The notes beneath the pieces were generated by a model. The model was not told where the DNA came from and did no database searches. It was given only the letters and a program-made list of their open reading frames with translations. Both the position numbers and the translations under genes were made by a program. Positions 35,420-43,211 of a stretch of DNA of 64,000 nt are shown one piece after another. The DNA comes from a bacterium (GTDB taxonomy: Bacteria; Bacillota_I; Bacilli_A; RFN20; CAG-826), in the NCBI GenBank assembly GCA_963651445.1, contig CAVJPU010000002.1:18232-82231 (forward strand), in the 5' to 3' direction. The number at the start of each line of letters is the position of its first letter. The stretch's first letter is position 1.

Positions 35420-35914
35420 TTACTTAAATGTTAATTTAGTACAAATGTTTTTATGTTTTGTACTAATATATTTAAGCAGCACGTTATCAGATGATTCTAC
35501 CTTTTCAGATACGTATTTTGATACCATAATATTTTTTGATCGTGTGAATCCCAAAATACGTTCTATTAGAACAAAGCTACCGGCTACAGCACCTAAAGTA
35601 ATACCAAAAACGATAGCTAAAGTTAGAATACCAGCCAATAATGGAAGTAGAACAAAGCCAATTTTGTCGGCGTTAGAAGCCAATAAAAGTGTATTTGAGC
35701 CTAAAGCATTAGCTAGCCCAATGGCGCCAATACCGGTTCCCCAAGCGGCATACCCAAGAACAAAAACCGTAAATGTCATAGCGAATGCAGCTGCGCCAAG
35801 GCGTGGAATCAGTTGTCTAACATAAGAACATAAATTATCGGGAATTGATGATTCAAACTGTCTAAAGAATGATTTTTGGATTGTGTAATGCCATGATGTT
35901 TTGTCGATTTGCAT
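35420..35914 (-). CDS. polytopic inner-membrane protein
   Basis: 164 aa with Gly/Ala-rich hydrophobic helices in the centre. Confidence 0.55.
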   Translation of the reverse strand: MQIDKTSWHYTIQKSFFRQFESSIPDNLCSYVRQLIPRLGAAAFAMTFTVFVLGYAAWGTGIGAIGLANALGSNTLLLASNADKIGFVLLPLLAGILTLAIVFGITLGAVAGSFVLIERILGFTRSKNIMVSKYVSEKVESSDNVLLKYISTKHKNICTKLTFK

Positions 35915-35969
35915 AAAATATTCCTTTTAAAGGTCTTACATTAACTGTAGAAAATTGAATTATACTATA

Positions 35970-36263
35970 CTATTTGGGCGATTGTACATCTTGCTTTGAC
36001 TTAATTTCAATATTTTGTTCTTTGGCATATTGTTGGCCTATAGCATATCCAGCTTTAGAGCAAGCCTTTGAGCAATCGGTATTATTCCATTTAGTCTTTA
36101 GAAACGAGTAGAACTTTTCCGATTCTTCTTTGCTAGGGCGTTTAAACTGAGAATACACCTCTAGTGCACCTTCAACATAATTGTTAAACCCTGATTTATC
36201 CGATTCAGCCATTGACGCCTGTGATATAATCAAAGTAGAAAATACAAGTAAAAAATACTTCAT
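35970..36263 (-). CDS. secreted small protein
   Basis: Signal peptide MKYFLLVFSTLIISQASMA. Start overlaps the upstream stop. Confidence 0.55.
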   Translation of the reverse strand: MKYFLLVFSTLIISQASMAESDKSGFNNYVEGALEVYSQFKRPSKEESEKFYSFLKTKWNNTDCSKACSKAGYAIGQQYAKEQNIEIKSKQDVQSPK

Positions 36264-36562
36264 TTATAGTCTCCTCTATGAGGATTTAACTCAAGGCAAG
36301 CGCTCATAAAATATGAATCAAAATTATTGTTTATCCAAGCAATTTTAGTAACATTGCTTTTAGAAACAGTGCTTTCATATTCATCTCTAATATTTTTTAA
36401 TATAGTTCTATTTGGGCATACACTAGAGCTATAAACTCTATAGGAGAATGCTAATGCGTCAACTTCTCTTTCGTAACTTTTTGTTTTAATTAAAGGGATA
36501 TTGTATATCCCAATCCCGGTCACAATCAATAATGCAACCAGGAGAATGCTTGTTATTTTCAT
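36260..36562 (-). CDS. N-terminally anchored small protein
   Basis: Translation begins MKITSILLVALLIVTGIGIY. Its start abuts the upstream stop. Confidence 0.55.
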   Translation of the reverse strand: MKITSILLVALLIVTGIGIYNIPLIKTKSYEREVDALAFSYRVYSSSVCPNRTILKNIRDEYESTVSKSNVTKIAWINNNFDSYFMSACLELNPHRGDYK

Positions 36563-36993
36563 TATTTTTGCTCTGGTAGGGGACCTGCATTTTCAAATTT
36601 ATAAGTGACATGATCATTAGACGTGTCCCAAATTCGTAAGAATATAGGTCGTTTGCAATCCTGGAATAATTTGTATAGCTGATCCCTTGATGGAATATCT
36701 ACCATAAGAGTGCCTGAAATAGCACCTTTGGTGTCAATGCCGCATGTACGCATGTTAAAAATGCCATAGCGTAACATATTCCTTTGGCCTTTATTGTTTA
36801 TAAATGAGATTCCGAATGAATCCGAATCTTCATCATACACGATTTCGGCAAAAGGCTGTAATGGGTACTTTGGTGAAGATGCGGCGATTTTAGTCCCATA
36901 TATTGCAAAAAGTGACGGTGACAACTTATCCCAGCTAAGTGCTAACGGGCTTACTAATAATAGTAGAGAAAGGATCATCGCCTTGAATTTCAT
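36562..36993 (-). CDS. secreted protein
   Basis: Signal peptide MKFKAMILSLLLLVSPLALS. Confidence 0.55.
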   Translation of the reverse strand: MKFKAMILSLLLLVSPLALSWDKLSPSLFAIYGTKIAASSPKYPLQPFAEIVYDEDSDSFGISFINNKGQRNMLRYGIFNMRTCGIDTKGAISGTLMVDIPSRDQLYKLFQDCKRPIFLRIWDTSNDHVTYKFENAGPLPEQK

Positions 36994-37319
36994 CTATCTA
37001 AAAGTCCTGTTATGTATTGAATCATTAATTGATTTTTGTAGCTTTCGCAGACTTTTTTATCAGAAGCTTTGTCACAAAAATTATGTAATTCTTTTGATTT
37101 TCTATTAATATACGTGCCTATTGTGACACTATTAGGTTCGTTTAAACCCGAGTAGTACATTCCTGTTAATTGAATGGATACCAAATCTGCACACTCTGCA
37201 TTGTTTAGACATACATTAGATGCAGTTTTGTTGGTGCGTGTTTCGGTTGTAGATGCAGCTATTGAAAGCATAGGTGCTATTAAAGCACCCATCACAACAA
37301 TGAGTTTTATAAACTTCAT
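36990..37319 (-). CDS. secreted Cys-containing small protein
   Basis: Signal peptide MKFIKLIVVMGALIAPMLSIAA. Confidence 0.55.
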   Translation of the reverse strand: MKFIKLIVVMGALIAPMLSIAASTTETRTNKTASNVCLNNAECADLVSIQLTGMYYSGLNEPNSVTIGTYINRKSKELHNFCDKASDKKVCESYKNQLMIQYITGLLDR

Positions 37320-37840
37320 TATTCGACCTTTAAAATGTTATTTGATTTAAGGTAGTTTGCTTTTAGCAAGACACTTCTAGAATATCCCGCTCCTTTAGAA
37401 TATGCCCACCCAGCGTTATATGATGCCAAAGCTTTGCTTAAGTTACCATTATGAACTTGTAACCAATTTTGCATTTCGACTCTCGCCCAATATGCGGATA
37501 CATTAGGGTTTTTTAACTCCTTTGCCACTTGATCTCTAGATTTCGTTACTCCGTCTTGTTTCATACGTGATTGAACAGTTGTTATTAGATTTTGGTAATG
37601 GCCTTTAGCATGGCGGTTAGAATTACAATTAATACCGGCAGATGTTTCTTGCCAAATTATTGCAGCCATTACATATCCAAAGTCTAATCGTGACCCACTA
37701 AATTTCAATGGTTTTGATGAACCATATTTGTATGCACTTTGCATATTTTTTATTTGCGTATCGCTAAACTCTTGTTTAGCATACGTCATGGGCGATATAG
37801 TTAAAATAATTGCCAGTATTAGCAATTTTAGGTGTTTCAT
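37319..37840 (-). CDS. secreted lytic-transglycosylase-like (SLT domain) protein
   Basis: Signal peptide MKHLKLLILAIILTISPMTYA. IIWQETSAG (the catalytic E-S/T position), KGHYQN (compare GLMQ) and ASYNAG (compare AYNAG). Confidence 0.55.
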   Translation of the reverse strand: MKHLKLLILAIILTISPMTYAKQEFSDTQIKNMQSAYKYGSSKPLKFSGSRLDFGYVMAAIIWQETSAGINCNSNRHAKGHYQNLITTVQSRMKQDGVTKSRDQVAKELKNPNVSAYWARVEMQNWLQVHNGNLSKALASYNAGWAYSKGAGYSRSVLLKANYLKSNNILKVE

Positions 37841-38004
37841 AAGATTTCTCCTGCTATTTCTAGCTCTCTTTCATTTACGCTATGCGCATCCTTCTAATGA
37901 TAAGTTAATATAAGTATTTATAACATCTATGCGTTACTGTTCATAAAAAGTCCTATTAGTTAACGTATGGACATTATATACCATAATAGCAAAAAAGGGA
38001 ACAA

Positions 38005-38436
38005 TTAATTGTTCCCTTTTTTATTTTTTCTTCCATCCATCATTCTACTATGCCAAAACTTGTAGAATTCCGGGTCCTTTAGTTTTTCTTGGAATATTTT
38101 GGATGCCTTACGATTACGTTCTAAGATGAACTCTTCTGTATTCGTTAAGTTGACAAAGTCAAAGCCGCCTTCACCACCAAGTTTAAGATTATATGATGTT
38201 TTGTCATTAACCACGGTATCGGTCACGATTTCCTTTTCGTATGCATACATTTCGTCTTGAGACTCATGGAATTTTAATATTTCCTTTTTAAAATTTGATC
38301 TACCGTACTTTTTGACTGCCCTTTTTAAAACTGTACCGGAGCCCAGATACCCATCATTTAGATTAGATGTCTTGTGGACCCCTATATAAAAATGGCCGTT
38401 AACAGAGTTAACGGTCTTGTAAGTGTAATAAAACAT
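38005..38436 (-). CDS. free-standing GIY-YIG homing-endonuclease-like protein (short, Seg-type)
   Basis: FYYTYKTVNSVNGHFYIGVHKT...YLGSGTVLKRAVKKYGRSNFKKEIL...EMYAYEKEIV gives the GIY-(10-11)-YIG, R and E blocks. Only 143 aa. Confidence 0.65.
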   Translation of the reverse strand: MFYYTYKTVNSVNGHFYIGVHKTSNLNDGYLGSGTVLKRAVKKYGRSNFKKEILKFHESQDEMYAYEKEIVTDTVVNDKTSYNLKLGGEGGFDFVNLTNTEEFILERNRKASKIFQEKLKDPEFYKFWHSRMMDGRKNKKGNN

Positions 38437-38494
38437 CGTTCCACTTTACATAATACCTTAGATAAAAATATTTATAAGTGGAACGCAGCTTGGT

Positions 38495-38815
38495 TTATTT
38501 TATTCTACGAAGATAGCGCCGGTAAGCCATTTGATATACTGTAGAGGCAAGTTTAGTTAAATCTCTGCCAGTAAAGCCGTCTACTAATTTTCCGTCTTGG
38601 ACTTTTAAACCCCAAAAATAAAACAATGAGATTTTAGTGAACCGTTCATTTACCAAATTTACTCGTAGCTCACCGGTCAATGGAATCTCTTCTTTGATCT
38701 CATATTCCAAAAAGTGTTTTGCAAATCGGATTGATGAGTAAGTCTGCGACAACTCTGTCCATGCAAGTAAGCCCCAGCATAAAAGCGTTAGAATTAAAAT
38801 AATAATTAGTAGCAT
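38495..38815 (-). CDS. N-terminally anchored small protein
   Basis: Translation begins MLLIIILILTLLCWGLLAW. Confidence 0.45.
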   Translation of the reverse strand: MLLIIILILTLLCWGLLAWTELSQTYSSIRFAKHFLEYEIKEEIPLTGELRVNLVNERFTKISLFYFWGLKVQDGKLVDGFTGRDLTKLASTVYQMAYRRYLRRIK

Positions 38816-38826
38816 GGCGTGTCCTT

Positions 38827-39060
38827 TTAGTGGGTATCTTCGTAAACTTTGTTGATAAGCAATTCCAATTTGTCTCGGTATTCAGATTCATCTATATTAG
38901 AACCGTGTTCTAACTCAATATCTCGATCACAAACATATGCTAACTCATCGCCTAAACGATCATATAGCTGAGATAAAATATCTTCAATTGTATCGTTATG
39001 TTCTATTAAAAATGTGTATCTATCCGAAGATTCTGTCATTAATGATATTGCTGCAAACAT
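38827..39060 (-). CDS. hypothetical acidic protein
   Basis: 77-aa ORF. Confidence 0.45.
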   Translation of the reverse strand: MFAAISLMTESSDRYTFLIEHNDTIEDILSQLYDRLGDELAYVCDRDIELEHGSNIDESEYRDKLELLINKVYEDTH

Positions 39061-39069
39061 AGCGGTTCC

Positions 39070-39381
39070 TTATGGCTTAAATGGCTTAGAGAATTTTTCT
39101 GTAAACTTTTTAGGGTTTAAAGATGTGTAGTATGATAATGTGTTTCGCGCCTTGGCTGTCAAAAACACCGAGACCTTATTGTTTATCATGTTATAATCTG
39201 AGGTTACTCTCATGTAGACCGAGTAATAATATCCTTTATCTGCCAATTTCGATAACGTTGTCCATTCGATAGTTGGCTTACCAATAGATTTGAAATACAT
39301 ATTGATAGCATTTTTATAATCGTCTATAAACATATTTAAATCTTTTGCCTTGTGCAGTTTGTATCGTGATGGTTTATTCAT
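39070..39381 (-). CDS. hypothetical basic protein
   Basis: 103-aa ORF. Confidence 0.45.
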   Translation of the reverse strand: MNKPSRYKLHKAKDLNMFIDDYKNAINMYFKSIGKPTIEWTTLSKLADKGYYYSVYMRVTSDYNMINNKVSVFLTAKARNTLSYYTSLNPKKFTEKFSKPFKP

Positions 39382-39382
39382 T

Positions 39383-39919
39383 TCACATACTCTTGCTAAT
39401 ACAAAATTCTACGGCTTCTTTGCGATTTGTTTCATCCGGAATAACAGAGTTGTTTTCTGTACAAGTTTCTAACAGTTCTTTATAACGAGGGTCATTTTTG
39501 TCATACGGCGCTACGGGCATGTCGGAAATATCGTCAGATTCAATTTCATTATGCTTTATTTTAACTCGTTCATTTTCTGGGATGACCGGGTATACCGATA
39601 ATGTTTCTTCTGTACATTTATTAACCTTTGCAACCATTTCGTCTTGAACTGTTGCGCCGTATTCTGTAGAGGTGTCAATACCATCCAATTCATGTAGATA
39701 CTTTGAATAACATGCGCCAATTGCTTTATACGCAACTGAGCCGTATTTTTCTACCATATCATAATCATGATCAAATTGTAAGTCAAAATTCGTATTGACT
39801 GTCGGGTAATTATTTAAGTCTACGCCATATTGCATTGTAGGCTCTTTAGGAGTAATATGTTGTTCCGATGCACATCCAGTAAAACATATTGCTATTAATG
39901 CGATGATTAAAGGTTTCAT
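39383..39919 (-). CDS. lipoprotein
   Basis: MKPLIIALIAICFTGCASEQ contains a lipobox FTGC. Confidence 0.6.
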   Translation of the reverse strand: MKPLIIALIAICFTGCASEQHITPKEPTMQYGVDLNNYPTVNTNFDLQFDHDYDMVEKYGSVAYKAIGACYSKYLHELDGIDTSTEYGATVQDEMVAKVNKCTEETLSVYPVIPENERVKIKHNEIESDDISDMPVAPYDKNDPRYKELLETCTENNSVIPDETNRKEAVEFCISKSM

Positions 39920-39947
39920 AAGTATATTCCTTATTTTGTATATAGCG

Positions 39948-39977
39948 ATTATAATATAGCAAAAATTGAAAGTAAAC
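39948..39977 (-). promoter_or_regulatory. T4 early-type promoter
   Basis: The minus strand reads GTTTAC TTTCAATTTTTGCTATAT TATAAT. Confidence 0.5.
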
Positions 39978-40019
39978 TGTTTTTACGCAAAAATGGGACA
40001 TTAAATAATGTCCCATATA

Positions 40020-40109
40020 TGGCGGAAAGAGGTGTAGTCGAAACACAACCGTTAATACCGGTCCTCTTGCTTAGCAGGCAGAGCCGAACGCCTGTTCAGT
40101 TCACTTTCC
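40020..40109 (-). tRNA. tRNA-Ser (anticodon GCU), type II with long variable arm
   Basis: Hand-folded. Acceptor GGAAAGT/TCTTTCC (one mismatch), anticodon loop CTGCTAA, variable arm ACCG-GTATTAA-CGGT, encoded CCA. The T stem is only 4 bp. The 5' end overlaps the stop of ORF 40101..40568. Confidence 0.55.
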
Positions 40110-40568
40110 GTGTTTGGTTAAAGTAACTAGTCCTTTGTTTAATGCCATTAGGCCATTTTCTGATTCGTAAACCACTGTAGATCTATTTAACTCTCGTGAC
40201 TTTTCATTGTACAAAATAACCGCTGGGATTGTTTCTGTAGGTTTTAACACCTTTTCGGCAATCAATGCTTCAGCGCATTCTGCTAAAGATTCCAACGAAG
40301 GATCGGCAAGTTTTTGTTTATCTTCGGCTTTAACTGATTTGTAGATATCAGAATATGATTCCCAAAGATATGATGATTTGCTATAAGATTTAGATTCGCT
40401 AATAAATCGATAGCCTAAAACTCGCATAGGTGTAACTTCTTTAGTTTCAACATTTTCTACAAGAACTTTGTCGCCATTAGTAAAACCTAAATAGCTCAAG
40501 TCTTTTTCAGACAATGTGTCAACAATATTAGCCGGATAGCCATAAACAGATTCAAAAATTGTAGTCAT
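40101..40568 (-). CDS. hypothetical protein
   Basis: 155-aa ORF. Confidence 0.55.
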   Translation of the reverse strand: MTTIFESVYGYPANIVDTLSEKDLSYLGFTNGDKVLVENVETKEVTPMRVLGYRFISESKSYSKSSYLWESYSDIYKSVKAEDKQKLADPSLESLAECAEALIAEKVLKPTETIPAVILYNEKSRELNRSTVVYESENGLMALNKGLVTLTKHGK

Positions 40569-40680
40569 AATAATTTACCTTTAAAGATTAATATTATTTA
40601 TTCTTTAGCAATTTATATTAATTATATGAGTTATGATGTTATGCGCTTTATGGATAAAGTTCTTTTAGCTAAAGAAATAA

Positions 40681-40754
40681 TGGCAGGCCCTGAGTGAATC
40701 GAACACTCGTTGACGGGGTTGGAGCCCGTAGTAATACCTCTATACGAAAGACCT
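40681..40754 (-). tRNA. tRNA-Trp (anticodon CCA)
   Basis: Hand-folded. Anticodon arm ACGGG-CTCCAAC-CCCGT, T arm GAGTG-TTCGATT-CACTC, encoded CCA. Confidence 0.8.
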
Positions 40755-40760
40755 ATAATT

Positions 40761-40834
40761 TGGTAGCGAAATCCAGACTCGAACTGGAACCTTTGGGTTA
40801 TGAGCCCTATGTGCAGCCTTTACACCATATCGCG
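40761..40834 (-). tRNA. tRNA-Met or tRNA-Ile2 (anticodon CAU), with a 1:72 mismatch
   Basis: Hand-folded. Loop CTCATAA, T arm TCCAG-TTCGAGT-CTGGA, encoded CCA. The acceptor stem has C1-U72 and U6-U67 mismatches. Confidence 0.6.
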
Positions 40835-40841
40835 ATAAAAT

Positions 40842-40916
40842 TGGAAGTCACAAAAGGAATCGAACCTTTACCATCAGAGTCAAATTCTGATGTGCTAACC
40901 GTTACACCATGCGACA
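40842..40916 (-). tRNA. tRNA-Gln (anticodon UUG)
   Basis: Hand-folded. Anticodon arm TCAGA-ATTTGAC-TCTGA, T arm AAAGG-TTCGATT-CCTTT, encoded CCA, U1-U72 mismatch. Confidence 0.75.
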
Positions 40917-41020
40917 ATTGTTAGTTTTTGATCTGTTGAACTATAACAACAGCTTGGCGGTAAGTTCACCAAGTCTTAAGAAGTGTATTTCTACACTTAG
41001 ACCTTTTTATTGTTTTAAAA

Positions 41021-41097
41021 TGGTCTCCCATCCTGGATTTGAACCAGGGACATCTTCTTTCCAAAAGAAGTAGGCTACCAGACTGCCCTAATGAGAG
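41021..41097 (-). tRNA. tRNA-Pro (anticodon UGG)
   Basis: Hand-folded. Anticodon arm CTTCT-TTTGGAA-AGAAG, T arm CCTGG-TTCAAAT-CCAGG, encoded CCA. Confidence 0.85.
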
Positions 41098-41105
41098 ATA
41101 AAAGA

Positions 41106-41181
41106 TGGTACAACTAGATGGATTTGAACCATCGACACATGGATTATCGGTCCATTGCTCTACCAGCTGAGCTATAGTTGT
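41106..41181 (-). tRNA. tRNA-Ile (anticodon GAU)
   Basis: Hand-folded. Anticodon arm ATGGA-CCGATAA-TCCAT (C rather than U at position 33), T arm GATGG-TTCAAAT-CCATC, encoded CCA. Confidence 0.75.
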
Positions 41182-41182
41182 A

Positions 41183-41255
41183 TGGAGGGTTGACTCGATA
41201 TATTTAACACGAGACATAGGACTCATATAATGTCTAGAACATTAATGCTCAACCC
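41183..41255 (-). ncRNA. tRNA-sized RNA with a perfect 7-bp acceptor stem and encoded CCA but non-canonical inner arms
   Basis: Minus strand: GGGTTGA ... TCAACCC T CCA, 73 nt, filling the gap between tRNA-Ser(UGA) and tRNA-Ile. Inner hairpin AGACAT-N12-ATGTCT. No TTCRANY T-loop. Confidence 0.4.
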
Positions 41256-41260
41256 GTAGA

Positions 41261-41351
41261 TGGCGGAAAGTGAGAGGATCGAACTCTCAAGGCTTTTACA
41301 CTCGACTGATTTCAAGTCAGTTGCCGTCGCCTGCCGTCGGCTTGACTTTCC
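41261..41351 (-). tRNA. tRNA-Ser (anticodon UGA), type II
   Basis: Hand-folded. Acceptor GGAAAGT/ACTTTCC, anticodon arm ACTGA-CTTGAAA-TCAGT, T arm GAGAG-TTCGATC-CTCTC, encoded CCA. Confidence 0.8.
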
Positions 41352-41389
41352 AAAATATTTCGTTCACCTTTTAGGTAGTGAGACACCTT

Positions 41390-41866
41390 TTAAACAATTA
41401 TATAAACAACATCTTCATTTGTAAAAGCTTCAAACTGTTTAATTTTATTTTTAATGAGTTTAAGAATTTCTGGTTTTTCTAAACAGAAAGGCCCGCCAAC
41501 GTCAATAAAAACACGTTTTGTATCTTTTAATATACCACGGAGATGATTCACATTATCTGCTTTAAGTAATGAATATCTAAAATCAAGACTTTTGTTAAAC
41601 ACAAACAATCTGTCTTTGAAACTATCAACAGTGTGATAATTATACCCAACATAAATGTCTGTTTTGTGATCAAACATTGCTGCAAGACTAGTTGTTTTAC
41701 CTTGTTGTCTAGGAGTTAAGCACCATATTTGTCTAAACTCGTAAAGCGATTGTTCTCTACTAAAATGTTTAGGTATGGGTTTAATCTGGGATTCAACAAA
41801 GGTCTCTAGTCTATTTTTATATGTTTGAATATCACCGTTTAAATCTTTAATTTTATATTTATTCAT
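41390..41866 (-). CDS. small P-loop protein embedded in the tRNA island
   Basis: 158 aa. TPRQQGKTTSLAAMF resembles a terminase-type (SRQLGKTT) Walker A. Confidence 0.45.
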   Translation of the reverse strand: MNKYKIKDLNGDIQTYKNRLETFVESQIKPIPKHFSREQSLYEFRQIWCLTPRQQGKTTSLAAMFDHKTDIYVGYNYHTVDSFKDRLFVFNKSLDFRYSLLKADNVNHLRGILKDTKRVFIDVGGPFCLEKPEILKLIKNKIKQFEAFTNEDVVYIIV

Positions 41867-41968
41867 AACTATACCTATAAGCGATTATGTTTTAGAATAG
41901 ATGTTAGGATAGCTCCAAAACGTATTAAAGTTTCGTAAGGCACCCGAATTGAATCAATTGCTAACATT

Positions 41969-42044
41969 TGGCTCCTCAGACATGGCTCGAACATGTGACA
42001 AACGGATTAACAGTCCGCTACTCTACCAACTGAGTTACTGAGGA
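41969..42044 (-). tRNA. tRNA-Asn (anticodon GUU)
   Basis: Hand-folded. Acceptor TCCTCAG/CTGAGGA, loop CTGTTAA, T arm ACATG-TTCGAGC-CATGT, encoded CCA. Confidence 0.85.
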
Positions 42045-42186
42045 ATAAAATCGGATGAACATACCAGCAAATGGCTTAGCACTATGACGGGTCGCCTAAT
42101 ATGTTCTTAAACCTGTTGTCAACGCAGGAAAGCTTAGTGGCATACACGATATAAATTGACAAATGTATGCAAGATGTTCTTTTTAT

Positions 42187-42262
42187 TGGTTGGACCACAC
42201 AGACTTGAACTGAGACTAACGACATCACAAATCGCGGTGCTAACCATTACACTATGGTCCAC
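42187..42262 (-). tRNA. tRNA-His (anticodon GUG), with an encoded extra 5' G (G-1)
   Basis: Hand-folded. Acceptor TGGACCA/TGGTCCA, loop TTGTGAT, encoded CCA, one T-stem mismatch. Confidence 0.75.
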
Positions 42263-42269
42263 ATTAAAT

Positions 42270-42345
42270 TGGTACTCTTAGAGAGGATCGAACTCTCGTT
42301 TTCAACGTGAAAGGCTGACGTCCTGTCCATCTAGACGATAAGAGC
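42270..42345 (-). tRNA. tRNA-Glu (anticodon UUC)
   Basis: Hand-folded. Anticodon arm TCAGC-CTTTCAC-GTTGA, 4-nt variable region, T arm GAGAG-TTCGATC-CTCTC, encoded CCA. Confidence 0.8.
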
Positions 42346-42405
42346 ATTGTTACTTTAAATATTTGTCGATATAATCAACATTTGCTGGATTACGTCTAAT
42401 CCATT

Positions 42406-42582
42406 TCATCTGTACTTTCCTGGTTGTTCACATAATTCGTTGCGAACGATATCTTTTTTGATACGACGCTCAACACGGTGTGTCATATTTTTAATGATTG
42501 GACCAACTCCAAGCTTAGAACAAGGACGTTTAGACCAAAACTCTTGACCAGTTTGTTTAGAACCTTTAATTGTACGACTCAT
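42406..42582 (-). CDS. 58-aa basic protein embedded in the tRNA island
   Basis: ATG at 42582 (MSRTIKGSKQTGQEFW...) with a GAGGA Shine-Dalgarno. The track's longer start runs toward the tRNA-Tyr gene. Confidence 0.45.
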   Translation of the reverse strand: MSRTIKGSKQTGQEFWSKRPCSKLGVGPIIKNMTHRVERRIKKDIVRNELCEQPGKYR

Positions 42583-42681
42583 AATAATATCCTCAAAATT
42601 TGGTGTACAAAGGGAGCGCTTGCATCTCCAAATCAACGACTTTTCCGCTGCTTTACTATTTAAGCTATCAATGCACATATG

Positions 42682-42767
42682 TGGTGGAGTTGCTAGGATT
42701 CGAACCTAGATAGCCGAAGCGTCGGATTTACAGTCCGATGGGTTTGACCAACAACCCAACCAACTCC
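42682..42767 (-). tRNA. tRNA-Tyr (anticodon GUA), type II
   Basis: Hand-folded. Acceptor GGAGTTG/CAACTCC, anticodon arm TCGGA-CTGTAAA-TCCGA, long variable arm, encoded CCA. Confidence 0.85.
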
Positions 42768-42797
42768 TTAATTTGTTTAATTCTTATTATTTATAAT

Positions 42798-42873
42798 TGG
42801 TCCGGCGACCCAGACTCGAACTGGGAATAAAAGCTTAGAAGGCTAAGGTTATGTCCAGTTTAACTATCGCCAG
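42798..42873 (-). tRNA. tRNA-Arg (anticodon UCU)
   Basis: Hand-folded. Loop CTTCTAA, T arm CCCAG-TTCGAGT-CTGGG, encoded CCA. The anticodon stem has only 3 secure pairs. Confidence 0.6.
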
Positions 42874-42878
42874 AAATA

Positions 42879-42954
<76 letters not shown>

Positions 42955-43038
42955 TTAAATCACTACCGTTAACACTTGTCAGGAACATAACGAGTTAAAA
43001 CCTTTTGTGACAAGATTTAAAAAATCTAAACTATAAAA

Positions 43039-43094
43039 CTTAATCTTTGCTAAATAAAAACTTTGATCTTTGACCTATTAGCTTTAATCTTTAG
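43039..43094. repeat. three spaced copies of CTT(T/-)RATCTTTR (minus strand AAAGATYAAAG)
   Basis: Copies at 43039-43049, 43061-43072 and 43082-43094, with centre-to-centre spacing of about 21-23 bp. They lie in the gap upstream of the tRNA-Thr sub-cluster. Confidence 0.5.
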
Positions 43095-43211
43095 CCAGTC
43101 GCCGTGCCACTGCACAGCAATAAGTTCTATATAAAGAGTGGTATTTCAGGTAATACCGGACCCTCTGTAGTTTTTGATAACGGTAATTCTAATTTTATTT
43201 ATAACATGAAA

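Noticed and set aside
39846-40046. Track ORF 39846..40046 (-).
   Set aside because: It spans a promoter, a hairpin and the 3' end of tRNA-Ser(GCU), and overlaps the lipoprotein gene start.
40950-41016. Two stable hairpins, CTTGG-N11-CCAAG and AAGTGTA-TTTC-TACACTT (a GAAA tetraloop on the minus strand), in the 104-nt Gln-Pro tRNA spacer, considered as a possible small RNA.
   Set aside because: An acceptor-like pairing GGTCTAAGT/ACTTACC plus GCCA can be drawn, but it conflicts with the hairpins and needs a bulge. These are more likely processing or insulator hairpins. Support is too weak to call a gene.
40694-41226. Track ORFs 40694..40924 (+) and 40966..41226 (-).
   Set aside because: Both are fully covered by tRNA genes (Trp, Met, Gln, Pro, Ile). 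They start with non-ATG codons or lack ribosome-binding sites. They are artefacts of stop-free tRNA sequence.
42045-42186. The 142-nt Asn-His tRNA spacer, with hairpin GCATACA-N17-TGTATGC and a TTGACA box.
   Set aside because: No convincing -10 partner, tRNA-like ends or ORF could be found.
43021-43100. Short spaced repeats considered as a possible CRISPR array.
   Set aside because: There are only three imperfect 11-13-nt repeats with 10-12-nt spacers. This is far too short and irregular, and there are no cas genes.
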